Notes: generated by a model from the sequence alone, not told the origin. DNA of 64,000 nt from Frankiales bacterium (GCA_025465465.1 JAODND010000089.1:85336-149335); one strand, 5' to 3'. Positions 1 through 9,822 are shown, counted from the stretch's first letter. Program-made: numbers and translations.

Positions 1-2
1 TG

Positions 3-1148
3 ACTGGGCTGCCCGAGGGTCCGGTTTTGACCTGCCCAGGTCCTGCAGTCGCCCTCGAAGGGACCTTGCTCGCACTCCGGACGCTCGCCCCGGATCGTGT
101 CCTTCCCGATGTGCGGCTGCTCGGTGAGCGCGCCGCCTGCGCCGGGCTCAGCCGTCAGGGATCGACCTCGTGCGGACGGAAGACGAAGCTGTTGGCGGCT
201 CGCGACGGGTGGGTCGCCGTCGCGCTGGCCAGGGCGGAGGATCACGAGCTCGTGCCTGCGCTCGTGGAAGACGATGTCGTGCCCGGCCGCGAGTGGGAGG
301 CAGTCGCCAGGTGGGTGGCGTCATCGTCCACGAGTGCTGCCCGAGAGCGTGCCAGGCTTCTTGGCCTTCCGGTGGCGGTGCTCGGCGAGGAGCCGGCGAC
401 CATGACTCCCTGGGTCGTCCAGCGCGTCGGGGCCGGCAGAGAGGTGCGAGGAAGGCCGCGTGTCGTCGATCTGTCGGCGCTGTGGGCGGGGCCGTTGTGC
501 GCGTCCTTGCTGGGACTGCTCGGCTGCGATGTCCTGAAGGTCGAGGATCCGCGTCGTCCAGACGGAGCGCGGGGCGGACCTGCTCGGTTCTTCGATCTGC
601 TGCACGCAGGAGCGAAGTCGGTCCCACTCGACCTTTCGGGTGCGGACGGACGGCGTCGACTGCTCGACCTCGTGCTTGCTGCAGACGTCGTCATCGAGAG
701 CTCCCGGCCCCGGGCACTCGACCAGCTCGGGGTGGTCGCCGAGGAGGTCGTGGCGGAGGCGGGAGTCACGTGGGTGTCGATCACGGCGCACGGTCGCGAC
801 CAGCCGGACCGGGTGGGGTACGGCGACGACGCGGCCGTTGCGGGTGGGCTAGTCGCGTGGACCGTAGGGCGGCCGGTGTTCGTCGCGGACGCAGTCGCCG
901 ATCCGTTGACCGGCGCCTACGCCGCCCTCGCGGCGTGGGCTGGGGTCCTGAACGGTGGCGGCATGCTGGTGGACATGTCGCTGAGCCGGGCTGCCGCGGT
1001 GGCCGCCTCGACGGTGCGGCAGGGGCCGGACGCCGTCGCGTGTGAGGGCGGCTGGTGCGTGTCGACCGACCGCGGGCACGTCGGGGTCGCGGCGCCCTGG
1101 GCCCGGCCGGCGATGGGTCGTGCACCTGCCCTGCGGCGGCCCAGGTGA
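3..1148 (+). CDS. Class III CoA-transferase (CaiB/BaiF family), probably 5'-truncated by window edge
   Basis: RVVDLSALWAGPLC, VLKVE, DVVIESSRP motifs; catalytic-position Asp in VADPLTG. Frame is open from base 3 (TGLPEGPVL...), so the true start is likely upstream of the window. Confidence 0.85.
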   Translation, partial: TGLPEGPVLTCPGPAVALEGTLLALRTLAPDRVLPDVRLLGERAACAGLSRQGSTSCGRKTKLLAARDGWVAVALARAEDHELVPALVEDDVVPGREWEAVARWVASSSTSAARERARLLGLPVAVLGEEPATMTPWVVQRVGAGREVRGRPRVVDLSALWAGPLCASLLGLLGCDVLKVEDPRRPDGARGGPARFFDLLHAGAKSVPLDLSGADGRRRLLDLVLAADVVIESSRPRALDQLGVVAEEVVAEAGVTWVSITAHGRDQPDRVGYGDDAAVAGGLVAWTVGRPVFVADAVADPLTGAYAALAAWAGVLNGGGMLVDMSLSRAAAVAASTVRQGPDAVACEGGWCVSTDRGHVGVAAPWARPAMGRAPALRRPR

Positions 1149-2434
1149 CGTTGCTGCTGGATGTGGAGCTGCCCGAGGGCCGCTGTGACGTACGCGTCGA
1201 TGGCCGACTCGTCGTCGAGGTCGGTCAGTTGTCCCGAGCCGCCGGCGAGGAGGCGGTCAACGGCAACGGGGGGGCGCTCTTGCCCGGCCTCCATGACCAC
1301 CACCTCCATCTGCTCGCGACCGCGGCTGCTTCCGCCTCAGTCGACGTCCGCGATGGTCTGGGCCCTCTCGCTTCCGCCGGGGAGGGATGGCTGCGGGCCG
1401 TCGGCTGGTCGGGCGACGGGGATCGGCATGTCCTGGACGCGGTGCAGCGGCGGCGACCGGTGCGCGTCCAGCACGGCAGCGGCGCCCTGTGGGTGCTGAA
1501 CACCGAAGCGATCGGGCTGTTGCAGCTCGACCGCTCCGACCACCCCGGCGTGGAACGTGATGCCCACGGTCAGCCCACCGGACGGCTGTGGCGCGCGGAC
1601 GCCTTGCTGGGCGAGCTCTTGGGGCGGGAGACACCCGACCTGGCGGGGCTCGGGCTGCGCCTCGCACAGCTGGGCGTCACCGGGGTCACCGACGCCACAC
1701 CCGCCCTCGAGCCCGGTGCCGTACGACTCCTGCGTGCGAGCGTGCCGCAGAAGTTGCAGCTGCTCGGCGACGCAGTCGGCACCGGGCCCAGGAAGATCGT
1801 CATCGCTGATCATGCGCTGCCTTCCTACCCGGAGTTGGTGGCGCAGCTCCGCGACATCCGGCCGCGTGCGGCAGCGATCCATTGCGTCACCCGCGAGGCA
1901 CTGATCCTGCTGCTTGCAGCGATGGAGGAGGTCGGGACGATCCTCGGGGACCGCATCGAGCACGCGGCCGTCATCCCAGAGGAGTTGCTCGGCCACTTAC
2001 CGACGGTGGTCACTCAGCCGGGCTTCCTGACCTGCCATGGCGACAGGTATCGGGCGGAGGTCAGCGACGACGACCTGCCGGATCTCTACCGCTATCGCTC
2101 GGTACTGCAGGCCGGCGGTCACGTCGTCCCTTCCAGCGACGCCCCCTACGGACCGATCGACCCGTGGCAGGTGCTGCGCGCAGCCCGGGACCGCCGCGCA
2201 GCCAGCGGTGCTGTCCTCAGCCGGTTCGAGCGAGTTCCGGTCCGAGTCGCCCTCGACGGCATGCTGCGACCGCTGGCCGACCTCACAGCGCCCGCGCGGG
2301 CCGTCGTCGGCGGCGCGGTGGCCGATCTCGTGCTCCTGCACGTCCCGCGAGACGAGGCGCTCGACCATCCCGAGGCCGACAACGTTCGCTGCACGTGGAT
2401 CGACGGCGGCCTCGTCCACGGCGATCCCGGGTGA
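1145..2434 (+). CDS. Amidohydrolase family protein (Amidohydro_3-like)
   Basis: PGLHDHHLH metal motif, IHC, RIEHA, SSDAP; GTG at 1145 overlaps upstream TGA (GTGA). Confidence 0.85.
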   Translation: MTLLLDVELPEGRCDVRVDGRLVVEVGQLSRAAGEEAVNGNGGALLPGLHDHHLHLLATAAASASVDVRDGLGPLASAGEGWLRAVGWSGDGDRHVLDAVQRRRPVRVQHGSGALWVLNTEAIGLLQLDRSDHPGVERDAHGQPTGRLWRADALLGELLGRETPDLAGLGLRLAQLGVTGVTDATPALEPGAVRLLRASVPQKLQLLGDAVGTGPRKIVIADHALPSYPELVAQLRDIRPRAAAIHCVTREALILLLAAMEEVGTILGDRIEHAAVIPEELLGHLPTVVTQPGFLTCHGDRYRAEVSDDDLPDLYRYRSVLQAGGHVVPSSDAPYGPIDPWQVLRAARDRRAASGAVLSRFERVPVRVALDGMLRPLADLTAPARAVVGGAVADLVLLHVPRDEALDHPEADNVRCTWIDGGLVHGDPG

Positions 2435-3462
2435 ACGCCGTCGCCCCGCTCCTACGGCCGCATGAACTGGCCGGCTCGCGGCTGCTTGAGCTGGACTCAG
2501 ACGGGCTGCCGATGGCGCCCCTGCTGCTGGTCGACCTGTCCGCACCCGTCCCACCGGACGCCGTTGAGGTCGCCCGTGTGACTTCCAGAGTGCTGCTTGG
2601 CATCGCGCCCGGCGGCGTGCCAGATCACGCGCGACAGCTGAGCGAGGCGCTCACGTGCACCCTCGTGACGGGTGGCGCGTCCGCAAGATGCGAGGTCGAC
2701 GTCGACGACCTCGAACGCGCCCTCTCGACCCTGACCCGGCGGGTGGCCGAGACGCCGCGAGCGGCCAGTGTGCTGGTGAGCCTTTTGAGGCTGACGTCGG
2801 TGCTGCCGGTGCGACAAGCGCTGGAAACGGAGTCGCTGGCGTACTCGCTGCTACTCGGCGGGCCGGAGTTCGGCCGATGGCGTCTGTCTCGGCCACGTCG
2901 GGACGTGCCGGCAGAGGCCGGACCGGTCGTGCGGGTCGAACGAGCCGGTCGGCAGCTTCGGCTTGTGCTCGACCGGCCCGCACGTCACAACGCGTTCAAC
3001 CGCGAGATGCGCGACGCTCTCGTGGAGGCATTGCGTTTGGCCGTCGCCGACCCCGATCTGCAGGTTGGCATCTCCGGCACAGGTCCTTCGTTCTGCAGCG
3101 GAGGTGACCTCGACGAGTTCGGCACCGCGCAGGATCTCGTCCGCGCGCACCTCATCCGCACGGAGCGCAGCGCCGGGCTGCTGCTGCACCTGCTCCGCGA
3201 CCGAACCGACGTCCTTCTACACGGTGCTTGCATCGGTGCGGGCCTGGAGCTGCCGGCCTTTGCGGGGCGTGTGCGGTCCCGTCGGGACGCCAGCTTGCAG
3301 TTGCCCGAGCTGGCTATGGGTCTCGTGCCCGGCGCCGGAGGCACCGTCAGCGTCCTGCGCAGAATTGGCCGGTGGCGGACAGCGCACCTGGTCCTCACCG
3401 GAGAGCCGATCGACGCCGCGACGGCCCTGGCCTGGGGCCTCGTCGACACAGTCGAGGATTGA
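2431..3462 (+). CDS. Enoyl-CoA hydratase/isomerase with N-terminal extension
   Basis: FCSGGDL, GAGLE and PELAMG (both canonical Glu); GTG at 2431 overlaps upstream TGA. Confidence 0.88.
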   Translation: MNAVAPLLRPHELAGSRLLELDSDGLPMAPLLLVDLSAPVPPDAVEVARVTSRVLLGIAPGGVPDHARQLSEALTCTLVTGGASARCEVDVDDLERALSTLTRRVAETPRAASVLVSLLRLTSVLPVRQALETESLAYSLLLGGPEFGRWRLSRPRRDVPAEAGPVVRVERAGRQLRLVLDRPARHNAFNREMRDALVEALRLAVADPDLQVGISGTGPSFCSGGDLDEFGTAQDLVRAHLIRTERSAGLLLHLLRDRTDVLLHGACIGAGLELPAFAGRVRSRRDASLQLPELAMGLVPGAGGTVSVLRRIGRWRTAHLVLTGEPIDAATALAWGLVDTVED

Positions 3463-3512
3463 GATCCCCCTGGGGCGTCCGCGATGCCGGTGGCACTAGC
3501 GCGGGTCGGCTT

Positions 3513-3530
3513 TCTCGTAGAAAGTATACG
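3513..3530. promoter_or_regulatory. Putative GntR/FadR operator (motif 1)
   Basis: TCTCGTAGAAAGTATACG upstream of SDR; near-copy at 7813. Confidence 0.6.
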
Positions 3531-3563
3531 AAGCATCGCCGGTGATGCCCAGAAGGAGGACAC

Positions 3564-4424
3564 GTGAGCGGCACGGAGACCAAGAGGATGCACGGCAAGG
3601 TGGCTCTGATCACCGGTGCGGCCCGCGGCCAGGGTCGGGCACACGCGCTCCGCCTTGCCGAGGAGGGCGCGGACATCATCGCTGTCGACATCTGCGAGAC
3701 GCCGGACAGCATGAACTATCCACTCGCTACCGACGAGGACCTGGCTCAGACGGTCAAGGGCGTCGAGGCTCTGGGCCGCCGCATCGTGGCCCGCAAGGGA
3801 GATGTGCGGATCAAGGCCGACCTCGTTGCAACGGTGGAAGCTGGCCTCGCCGAGCTCGGCAGACTGGACGTCGTCGTTGCCAATGCCGGCGTCACCGCCA
3901 TGAACTCGCCCACGCTGCTGCAGGCCTTCGTCGACGGCGTCGAGATCGACCTCGTGGGGGTGCTCCACACGGTGTCGGCGACGCTGCCGCACCTCACAGC
4001 CGGGGCGTCGATCATCATCACCGGCTCGACAGCGGGACTCATGAAGGGTCTCGTCGACAACCCGAAGATCGGTCCGGGAGGAGCGGCCTACGCGTGGTCG
4101 AAGCGCACTCTTGCCTCCTATGTCGAGAGCATCGCGCTGCAGCTCGCGCCAAGCATGATCCGCGTCAACGCGGTGCACCCGACGAACACCAACACCGCGC
4201 TCCTGCACAACGACGACATCTATCGCGCCTTCCGGCCCGACCTCAAGCAGCCGACCCGCGAGGATGCGATGCTGGCCTTTCCGGCGATGCAGGCCATGCC
4301 GATCCCCTACGTGGAGCCCGAGGACATCAGTGCGTTGGTGGCGTTCCTTGCCAGTGACGAGTCTCGCTACATGACGGGTTTGAACCTCCGGGTCGACGCG
4401 GGCGCGATGCTCAAGGGCTCATAG
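3564..4424 (+). CDS. Mycofactocin-coupled SDR family oxidoreductase
   Basis: TGAARGQGRAHA, AVDICE...YPLATDEDL insertion typical of the mycofactocin-dependent SDR clade, YAWSK; RBS AGGAGG before GTG. Confidence 0.85.
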   Translation: MSGTETKRMHGKVALITGAARGQGRAHALRLAEEGADIIAVDICETPDSMNYPLATDEDLAQTVKGVEALGRRIVARKGDVRIKADLVATVEAGLAELGRLDVVVANAGVTAMNSPTLLQAFVDGVEIDLVGVLHTVSATLPHLTAGASIIITGSTAGLMKGLVDNPKIGPGGAAYAWSKRTLASYVESIALQLAPSMIRVNAVHPTNTNTALLHNDDIYRAFRPDLKQPTREDAMLAFPAMQAMPIPYVEPEDISALVAFLASDESRYMTGLNLRVDAGAMLKGS

Positions 4425-4458
4425 CCTCACGCGGCTCGCTTCCTGCGGTCAGCGAGGA

Positions 4459-5886
4459 TCACAGACGTGCGCGCAGCGCCTGGCGATCGATCTTGGACAT
4501 GGCCGTCAAGGGCAGCTCGGGCAGCCAGCGCACCTCCACCGGGTGCTTCCAGCGCGCCAGGCGCGGCCCAAGGAAGCCCATCAGCTCGTCCAGGGACGGC
4601 GCGGGGAGCGTCGGGCGCGCAACGGCGAATGCGACGCCGACCTCGCCCATGATCGGGTCCTCGCGCGCGACCACAGCGACATCCGCAACGGCCGGGTGCT
4701 CGCACAGCGCCGTTTCGACCTCAGCCGGGTAGACGTTGTACCCGCCGCGGACGTACATCTCCTTGCTCCGCCCGACCAGGGCGTACGTGCCGTCCACGCG
4801 GGCCACCGCTCGGTCCCCGGTGCGCAGCCATCCCGCCTGCAGGGTCTCGGCCGTGGCCTGCGGGTCGCGGAAGTAGCCCGCCATCACCGTGGGGGACCGC
4901 AGCCAGAGTTCGCCCGGCTCGTCGACGGGCTGCAGCCGGCCCGTCTCGTCGCGCACCTGTGCCTCGACACCGCCACGTGGCCTGCCTACGCCGTCGAGGG
5001 CAGCTGCTTCGGAGTCGTCGGCGCCCGTGCCCAGGCCGCATCCGCCGGACTCGGTGAGCGAGTAGCGGACCAGGAAGGCATCGGCGAGGCGCTGACGTGC
5101 CTCGGTGACGAGCTGACGCGAGCTGGCTGCGCCGCCCACGACCAGGCGCCGCAGCCGCGGCGGCGGCGTGCGCCGGGCACCCAGTGCTCGGAGGAGCAGG
5201 GCGACCTGCGGCGCGACGGCGCCCAGCTCGGCCATCGCCTCACGCTCGACAACGTCCAGGACGTCGTCCGCGCGCCACCGGCTCAGCACATGGGTGCGCA
5301 GTCCGCGCTGCAGATACCAGGGCAGCTTCGTCATGAACCCGACGTGCGCGAAGGATGTGCTTCCCAACGCGGCCCCGCCCGGCGCCTCCGCCCACTCGCC
5401 ACCGGTGTCGGCCATCGTGACCGCCCGCAGTTGCTCGTCAGCGAACACCGCCGCCTTGGGAAGTCCCGTCGTCCCGGACGTGAACACCAAGATGCCCGAT
5501 GACCGGCCCGGGCGCACGGCACGTCCGGCCCCCTCCTGGGCAAGCGACCGGACATCGTCGAAGCTGCGCAGCCGTACGGCTGGGTCGGCGAGAGCCACCA
5601 GGCGTTCCTGCTCAGCGGGTGCCAGCGCGACGTTGACCCCGGCGGCGACTGCACCGACTTTGGCGGTTGCCGCGTAGGCGATGACGTAGTCGTTTCCGCT
5701 GGGCAGCTGGAGAACGACCCGCTGACCCGCGCCGACACCGCGAGCGGCCAGCGCGGCGGCGACCTCGTCGGACCTGCGGTCCAGGTCCTGGAAGGTGAGG
5801 CGCTCGCCGGAATCCTCCTCGACGAAAGCGGCAGCGTCGCCGAAGCGTTGTGCGGCACCACGGACCGCATCGGCCAGCCAGCTCAC
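4459..5886 (-). CDS. AMP-forming acyl-CoA synthetase (class I adenylate-forming enzyme)
   Basis: FTSGTTGLPK, YSLTES, WLRTGD, RGGYNVYPAEVE, terminal KI motif. Confidence 0.92.
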   Translation of the reverse strand: MSWLADAVRGAAQRFGDAAAFVEEDSGERLTFQDLDRRSDEVAAALAARGVGAGQRVVLQLPSGNDYVIAYAATAKVGAVAAGVNVALAPAEQERLVALADPAVRLRSFDDVRSLAQEGAGRAVRPGRSSGILVFTSGTTGLPKAAVFADEQLRAVTMADTGGEWAEAPGGAALGSTSFAHVGFMTKLPWYLQRGLRTHVLSRWRADDVLDVVEREAMAELGAVAPQVALLLRALGARRTPPPRLRRLVVGGAASSRQLVTEARQRLADAFLVRYSLTESGGCGLGTGADDSEAAALDGVGRPRGGVEAQVRDETGRLQPVDEPGELWLRSPTVMAGYFRDPQATAETLQAGWLRTGDRAVARVDGTYALVGRSKEMYVRGGYNVYPAEVETALCEHPAVADVAVVAREDPIMGEVGVAFAVARPTLPAPSLDELMGFLGPRLARWKHPVEVRWLPELPLTAMSKIDRQALRARL

Positions 5887-5944
5887 GGACCCTGCACCTC
5901 GCGGAGCGCCGGCGGTCGTCGAGAGCCCACGCCCAACACGGTGC

Positions 5945-5960
5945 CATAGTGAGTGCTGTG
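5945..5960. promoter_or_regulatory. Possible degenerate motif 2 site
   Basis: CATAGTGAGTGCTGTG about 60 bp upstream of acyl-CoA synthetase start. Confidence 0.35.
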
Positions 5961-5996
5961 GTCATCACGGACCGGCGACGGACCCCCACGCAGCAT

Positions 5997-6911
5997 CTAG
6001 AAGCGCATCCCGGGCGCGCGGGTCTCGAAGACCTCCTGGGACAGGATGGAGCCGAGCGACGCGGCGTCCCACCGCTTTCCGTTGGCACTCACGACGCGCC
6101 GTTCCTTCCAGCCCTGCATCCAGATGATCCGGTCCTCGATCGAGCGGATGACGTGTCCGGTGACGTGCGCGGCCTGGTCGCTGGCCAGCCAGGCGACGAG
6201 GGGCGAGCTGTTCGACGGATCCATCGGGTGGTAGTCGTCCTCGGCGATGTCGTTGGGCTCGAACGCCTCGCCCATCCCCGGCATGGTGGCTGTGATGCGC
6301 GTGAGGCCGGACGGCCCGACGGCGTTGACGGTGACTCCGATCTTGTGAAGCTCGAGTGCGAGCGTCTGGGTCAACCCGACGATCCCGGCCTTCGCGGCGG
6401 CGTAGCTGCTCTGCCCGAAGTTGCCGCCCAGGCCGGCGCCGGAGGTCGTGTTGATGATGCGTCCCCCAACATCGGCCTCTCCGCTCTTTGCCCTTCCGCG
6501 CCAGTGCACGGCAGCGTGGTGGCAGGTGGACCAGGTGCCCTTGAGGTGCACCCGAATCACCGCGTCGAAGTCGGTGTCGACCATGTTCCAGATCACGGCG
6601 TCCCGCACGATTCCGGCATTGTTGACGAGCACGTCGAGCTGCCCGAACTCAGTCACCGCGCGTTGCACCATGGCGGCCGCGTCCGCGTGGTCGCTCACGT
6701 CGCCGTAGTCGGCAACGGCCGTACCGCCGGCCTTCTCGATGAGGGCTACGGTCTCGTCTGCCGCCTGGTCCTGGCCTTCACCGCGGACAGAGCCGCCGAG
6801 GTCGTTCACCACGACCTTTGCCCCGTGCTTCGCGAGTTCGAGGGCGTGTCCACGTCCGATTCCGTGACCCGCACCCGTGACGAGTGCCACCTTGTCGTCG
6901 AGCAGACCCAT
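5997..6911 (-). CDS. SDR family oxidoreductase
   Basis: TGAGHGIG, VVVNDLGG, NNAGIVRD, YAAAK; start moved to ATG 6911 after GAGG RBS. Confidence 0.92.
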   Translation of the reverse strand: MGLLDDKVALVTGAGHGIGRGHALELAKHGAKVVVNDLGGSVRGEGQDQAADETVALIEKAGGTAVADYGDVSDHADAAAMVQRAVTEFGQLDVLVNNAGIVRDAVIWNMVDTDFDAVIRVHLKGTWSTCHHAAVHWRGRAKSGEADVGGRIINTTSGAGLGGNFGQSSYAAAKAGIVGLTQTLALELHKIGVTVNAVGPSGLTRITATMPGMGEAFEPNDIAEDDYHPMDPSNSSPLVAWLASDQAAHVTGHVIRSIEDRIIWMQGWKERRVVSANGKRWDAASLGSILSQEVFETRAPGMRF

Positions 6912-6930
6912 TGTTTCCTCCGACTTTTGG

Positions 6931-6943
6931 ATATTGTCTACAT
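6931..6943. promoter_or_regulatory. Putative GntR/FadR operator (motif 1, variant)
   Basis: ATATTGTCTACAT in divergent spacer. Confidence 0.55.
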
Positions 6944-6996
6944 GAGCCGGGATGGGTGATGCAAGGCTCGAGCGCAAGCACTGAGGAGGCGCCGCG

Positions 6997-7809
6997 TTGA
7001 CCACAGGGAGACCGCCCGAGGGCGACTGGCTCGGCACGCCCTACCTCAGGTTCGACCGGCAGGGCGCCGTGGCACGTGTCGTGGTCGATCGGCCACAGGC
7101 GCGCAACGCGATGACGGGCGCCATGTACTTCGGCGTCCGCTATGCCGTCGACCTGGTCAACGGTGACGACGGGCTCGGAGGACTGCTGCTGACAGGGTCC
7201 GGCGACGTCTTCATCCCGGGCGGCGACCTGGGAGGCGACACCGTCGACGACTGGGGGGCGCCGGCCCTGCTCGGGTTGGACAACGTTCCCTTCGACGCCA
7301 TCCGGTACAGCCCCAAGCCGGTCGTGAGCGCCGTCAACGGCATCGCTCAGGGCGGTGGTCTGCTGATGGCGCTGCTCAGTGACGTCGCCGTGGCAAGCGA
7401 GCGGGCGACGTTTCGTGCCCCGGAGCTTCTCCGTGGCATCGCCGACACCGGCTACGCAGCCTTCCTGCCAGCTCAGATCGGGCCGGGGCGGGCGAAGGAC
7501 ATGCTCCTCACCGGCCGCGTCGTGACCGCTGCGGAGGCGCTGGACTGGGGACTGGTGACTCGCGTGGTGCCGCACGCCGAGGTCGAGGACGCCGCGCTGG
7601 AGGCGCTGCACGACTGCATGCGGATGGCTCCGCAGGCCTACGGTGAGGTCAAGCGCGTCATCTCCACCGCATACGGCGCCATCGACCGCATGACGATGCT
7701 GGACAGCCTTGCGGGCCCGGAGGCGCTCGAGGGCTGGACCGCCTTCAAGGAGCGCCGCGAGCCGGCCTGGATCCGCCCGGAACTGCCACCACGCAAGGGC
7801 CGCCGGTGA
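6997..7809 (+). CDS. Enoyl-CoA hydratase/isomerase family protein
   Basis: RNAM, FIPGGDL, KPVVSAVNG, APE, GPGRAKDMLLTG. Confidence 0.9.
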   Translation: MTTGRPPEGDWLGTPYLRFDRQGAVARVVVDRPQARNAMTGAMYFGVRYAVDLVNGDDGLGGLLLTGSGDVFIPGGDLGGDTVDDWGAPALLGLDNVPFDAIRYSPKPVVSAVNGIAQGGGLLMALLSDVAVASERATFRAPELLRGIADTGYAAFLPAQIGPGRAKDMLLTGRVVTAAEALDWGLVTRVVPHAEVEDAALEALHDCMRMAPQAYGEVKRVISTAYGAIDRMTMLDSLAGPEALEGWTAFKERREPAWIRPELPPRKGRR

Positions 7810-7812
7810 CAG

Positions 7813-7830
7813 TCTCGTAGATAATATACA
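7813..7830. promoter_or_regulatory. Putative GntR/FadR operator (motif 1)
   Basis: TCTCGTAGATAATATACA just before thiolase-like ATG. Confidence 0.6.
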
Positions 7831-7838
7831 GTCATCGC

Positions 7839-8984
7839 ATGCGGGATACGGGGGTTGTCATCGCCGGAGTCGGATTGTCCGAGTGCGGCCGCGTCGACGG
7901 TATGACTCCGTTTGCGCTGCATCAGCAGGCGGCCAGCCGGGCACTCGCGGACGCGGGTCTGAGCCACGCCGATGTTGACGGCTTTGCGTCCACCGGGCTG
8001 GGGGTGCTGGCGCCGGTCGAGCTCGCCGAGTACCTCGGCCTGCGGCCGACGTGGGTCGACTCGACCGGTGTCGGCGGCAGCGCCTGGGAGGTCATGCTCG
8101 AGCACGCGGTCGACGCAGTGCGTGCCGGCACCGCTCACAACGTGCTGCTGGTCTACGCGGCGACGGCGCGTGCGGATCTGAAGAACAGGCTCCGGACCGC
8201 GAACCTGCAGTTGTCGTCGCGCGGCCCCAGCGCCTTCGACGTCCCGTTCGGTCACACCCTGATCGCGAAGTACGCGATGGTGGCGCGCCGGCACATGCAC
8301 GAGTTCGGCACGACGATCGAGCAGTTGGCCAACATCGCGGTGGATACGCGCTACAACGCAGGCCTCAACCCGGACGCGTTCTACCGCGACGCGATCACGG
8401 TCGAGGACGTGGCTGCCGCGACCATGGTCGCTGACCCGTTCACGAAGCTGCACTGCTGCATCCGCAGCGACGGCGGCGGCGCTGTCCTGGTGACGTCTGC
8501 CGAGCGTGGCCGCGACCTGCCCTCCCGGCCGGTCCGGGTGCTGAGCTGTGCGTCTGCCAGCGGCACCACGACGATGAGCCAGTGGGACGACCTGACCGTG
8601 TCGCCCGCCGCTGCTTCAGGTGCGCTCGCGTTCCGGCGAGCCGACATCACCCCGGCAGACGTGGACGTGTGCCAGTTCTACGACTCCTTCACGAGCACTG
8701 TCCTTCTCACGTTCGAGGCGCTCGGCTTCTGCGAACGAGGCGAGGCAGGCGCCTTCCTCGAGGGCGGCACGATGCGGGTGGGAGGTGCCCTGCCGACCAA
8801 CACCGATGGCGGCGGGCTGTCGGCGTGCCACCCAGGCATGCGCGGCATCTTCCTGCTCGTCGAGGCTGTCCGGCAGCTGCGCGAGCAGGCCGGCGCCCGG
8901 CAGGTGGCGGGCGCGAAGGTCGCCTGTGTGAACGGCACCGGGGGCTGGTTCTCGTCCGCCTCGACCTCGTTGCTCGCGGTCTGA
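7839..8984 (+). CDS. Thiolase-fold protein (SCP2/Ltp-like, no N-terminal catalytic Cys)
   Basis: VIAGVG, DGGGAVLV, FYDSFT, NTDGGGLSACHPG; STGVGGSA where classical thiolases have Cys. Confidence 0.88.
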   Translation: MRDTGVVIAGVGLSECGRVDGMTPFALHQQAASRALADAGLSHADVDGFASTGLGVLAPVELAEYLGLRPTWVDSTGVGGSAWEVMLEHAVDAVRAGTAHNVLLVYAATARADLKNRLRTANLQLSSRGPSAFDVPFGHTLIAKYAMVARRHMHEFGTTIEQLANIAVDTRYNAGLNPDAFYRDAITVEDVAAATMVADPFTKLHCCIRSDGGGAVLVTSAERGRDLPSRPVRVLSCASASGTTTMSQWDDLTVSPAAASGALAFRRADITPADVDVCQFYDSFTSTVLLTFEALGFCERGEAGAFLEGGTMRVGGALPTNTDGGGLSACHPGMRGIFLLVEAVRQLREQAGARQVAGAKVACVNGTGGWFSSASTSLLAV

Positions 8985-8992
8985 CCGGAACC

Positions 8993-9181
8993 TCAGCTGA
9001 CGGAGATCGCCTGCTTCGGGCAGCTGCGCACCGCCGCCACGACCTCCGGCCGAAGGTCTTCGCCCGGCGCCTCCTGCAGGACGTGCAACACGTCGTCGTC
9101 GTCCAGCTCGAAGACCTCAGGTGCGGCTGCCATGCACAGGCCGTTCGCCTCGCACACGTCGAAGTCCACCGTCACCCGCAT
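8993..9181 (-). CDS. Ferredoxin, likely [3Fe-4S] type
   Basis: C-EANGL-C...AP EVF...CP pattern with Asn replacing the second Cys; GGAGG RBS before ATG 9181. Confidence 0.9.
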   Translation of the reverse strand: MRVTVDFDVCEANGLCMAAAPEVFELDDDDVLHVLQEAPGEDLRPEVVAAVRSCPKQAISVS

Positions 9182-9195
9182 CTCGACCTCCATGA

Positions 9196-9211
9196 CATAG
9201 CACCGACTATG
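9196..9211. promoter_or_regulatory. Putative second operator (motif 2, TetR-like palindrome)
   Basis: CATAGCACCGACTATG in ferredoxin/DoxX divergent spacer; 14/16 identical to 42257-42272. Confidence 0.55.
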
Positions 9212-9282
9212 GACCACCATGGACCCTACTGGACCCCCGGGGTCATGTCTGGTGTCCGCCGCACCTTCCGAAAGGACCGCTC

Positions 9283-9822
9283 ATGACCGACGTGTCAGCG
9301 CCCGACGTGGCCGCCCTCCTGCTTCGCCTCGCGCTCGGCGTCACGATGATCGCCCACGGCTGGAACCACTGGCGCGGCGGCGGCCGGGTCGAAGGAACCG
9401 CGCGCTGGTTCGGGGGACTGGGGTTGCAGCCTGCCCGGCTGCATGCCTGGTCCAGCATCGCCGTCGAGCTCGGTGCCGGAGCCCTGCTGCTCGCGGGACT
9501 GCTCACGCCGATCGCCGCGCTCGCGGTGATCGGGGTGATGACGGTCGCGGCCGTCACCGCGCACCGTCCGAACGGCTTCTTCGTCTTCCGGGATGGGTAC
9601 GAGTACGTCGTGAACCTCGCGGTCGCGGCGGTCGCGCTGGGGCTCCTCGGAGCCGGCCGCCTGTCGCTCGATGACGCCTTCGGGATCGTCGTGAACGGCG
9701 CGTCCGGTGGGGCTGTCGCCGCCGCGGGGGTCGTCGCGGCGCTGGTGATGCTCGCAGTGTGCTGGCGGCCGGGCCGGCTCGCCGAGACGGCGCCCGCGGA
9801 TGCCCCCGTCGAGGTGAGCTAG
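9283..9822 (+). CDS. DoxX family membrane protein
   Basis: LLLRLALG..MIAHG, VELGAG.LL.GLLTP, GYEY; about 4 TM segments; GAAAGGA RBS. Confidence 0.88.
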   Translation: MTDVSAPDVAALLLRLALGVTMIAHGWNHWRGGGRVEGTARWFGGLGLQPARLHAWSSIAVELGAGALLLAGLLTPIAALAVIGVMTVAAVTAHRPNGFFVFRDGYEYVVNLAVAAVALGLLGAGRLSLDDAFGIVVNGASGGAVAAAGVVAALVMLAVCWRPGRLAETAPADAPVEVS

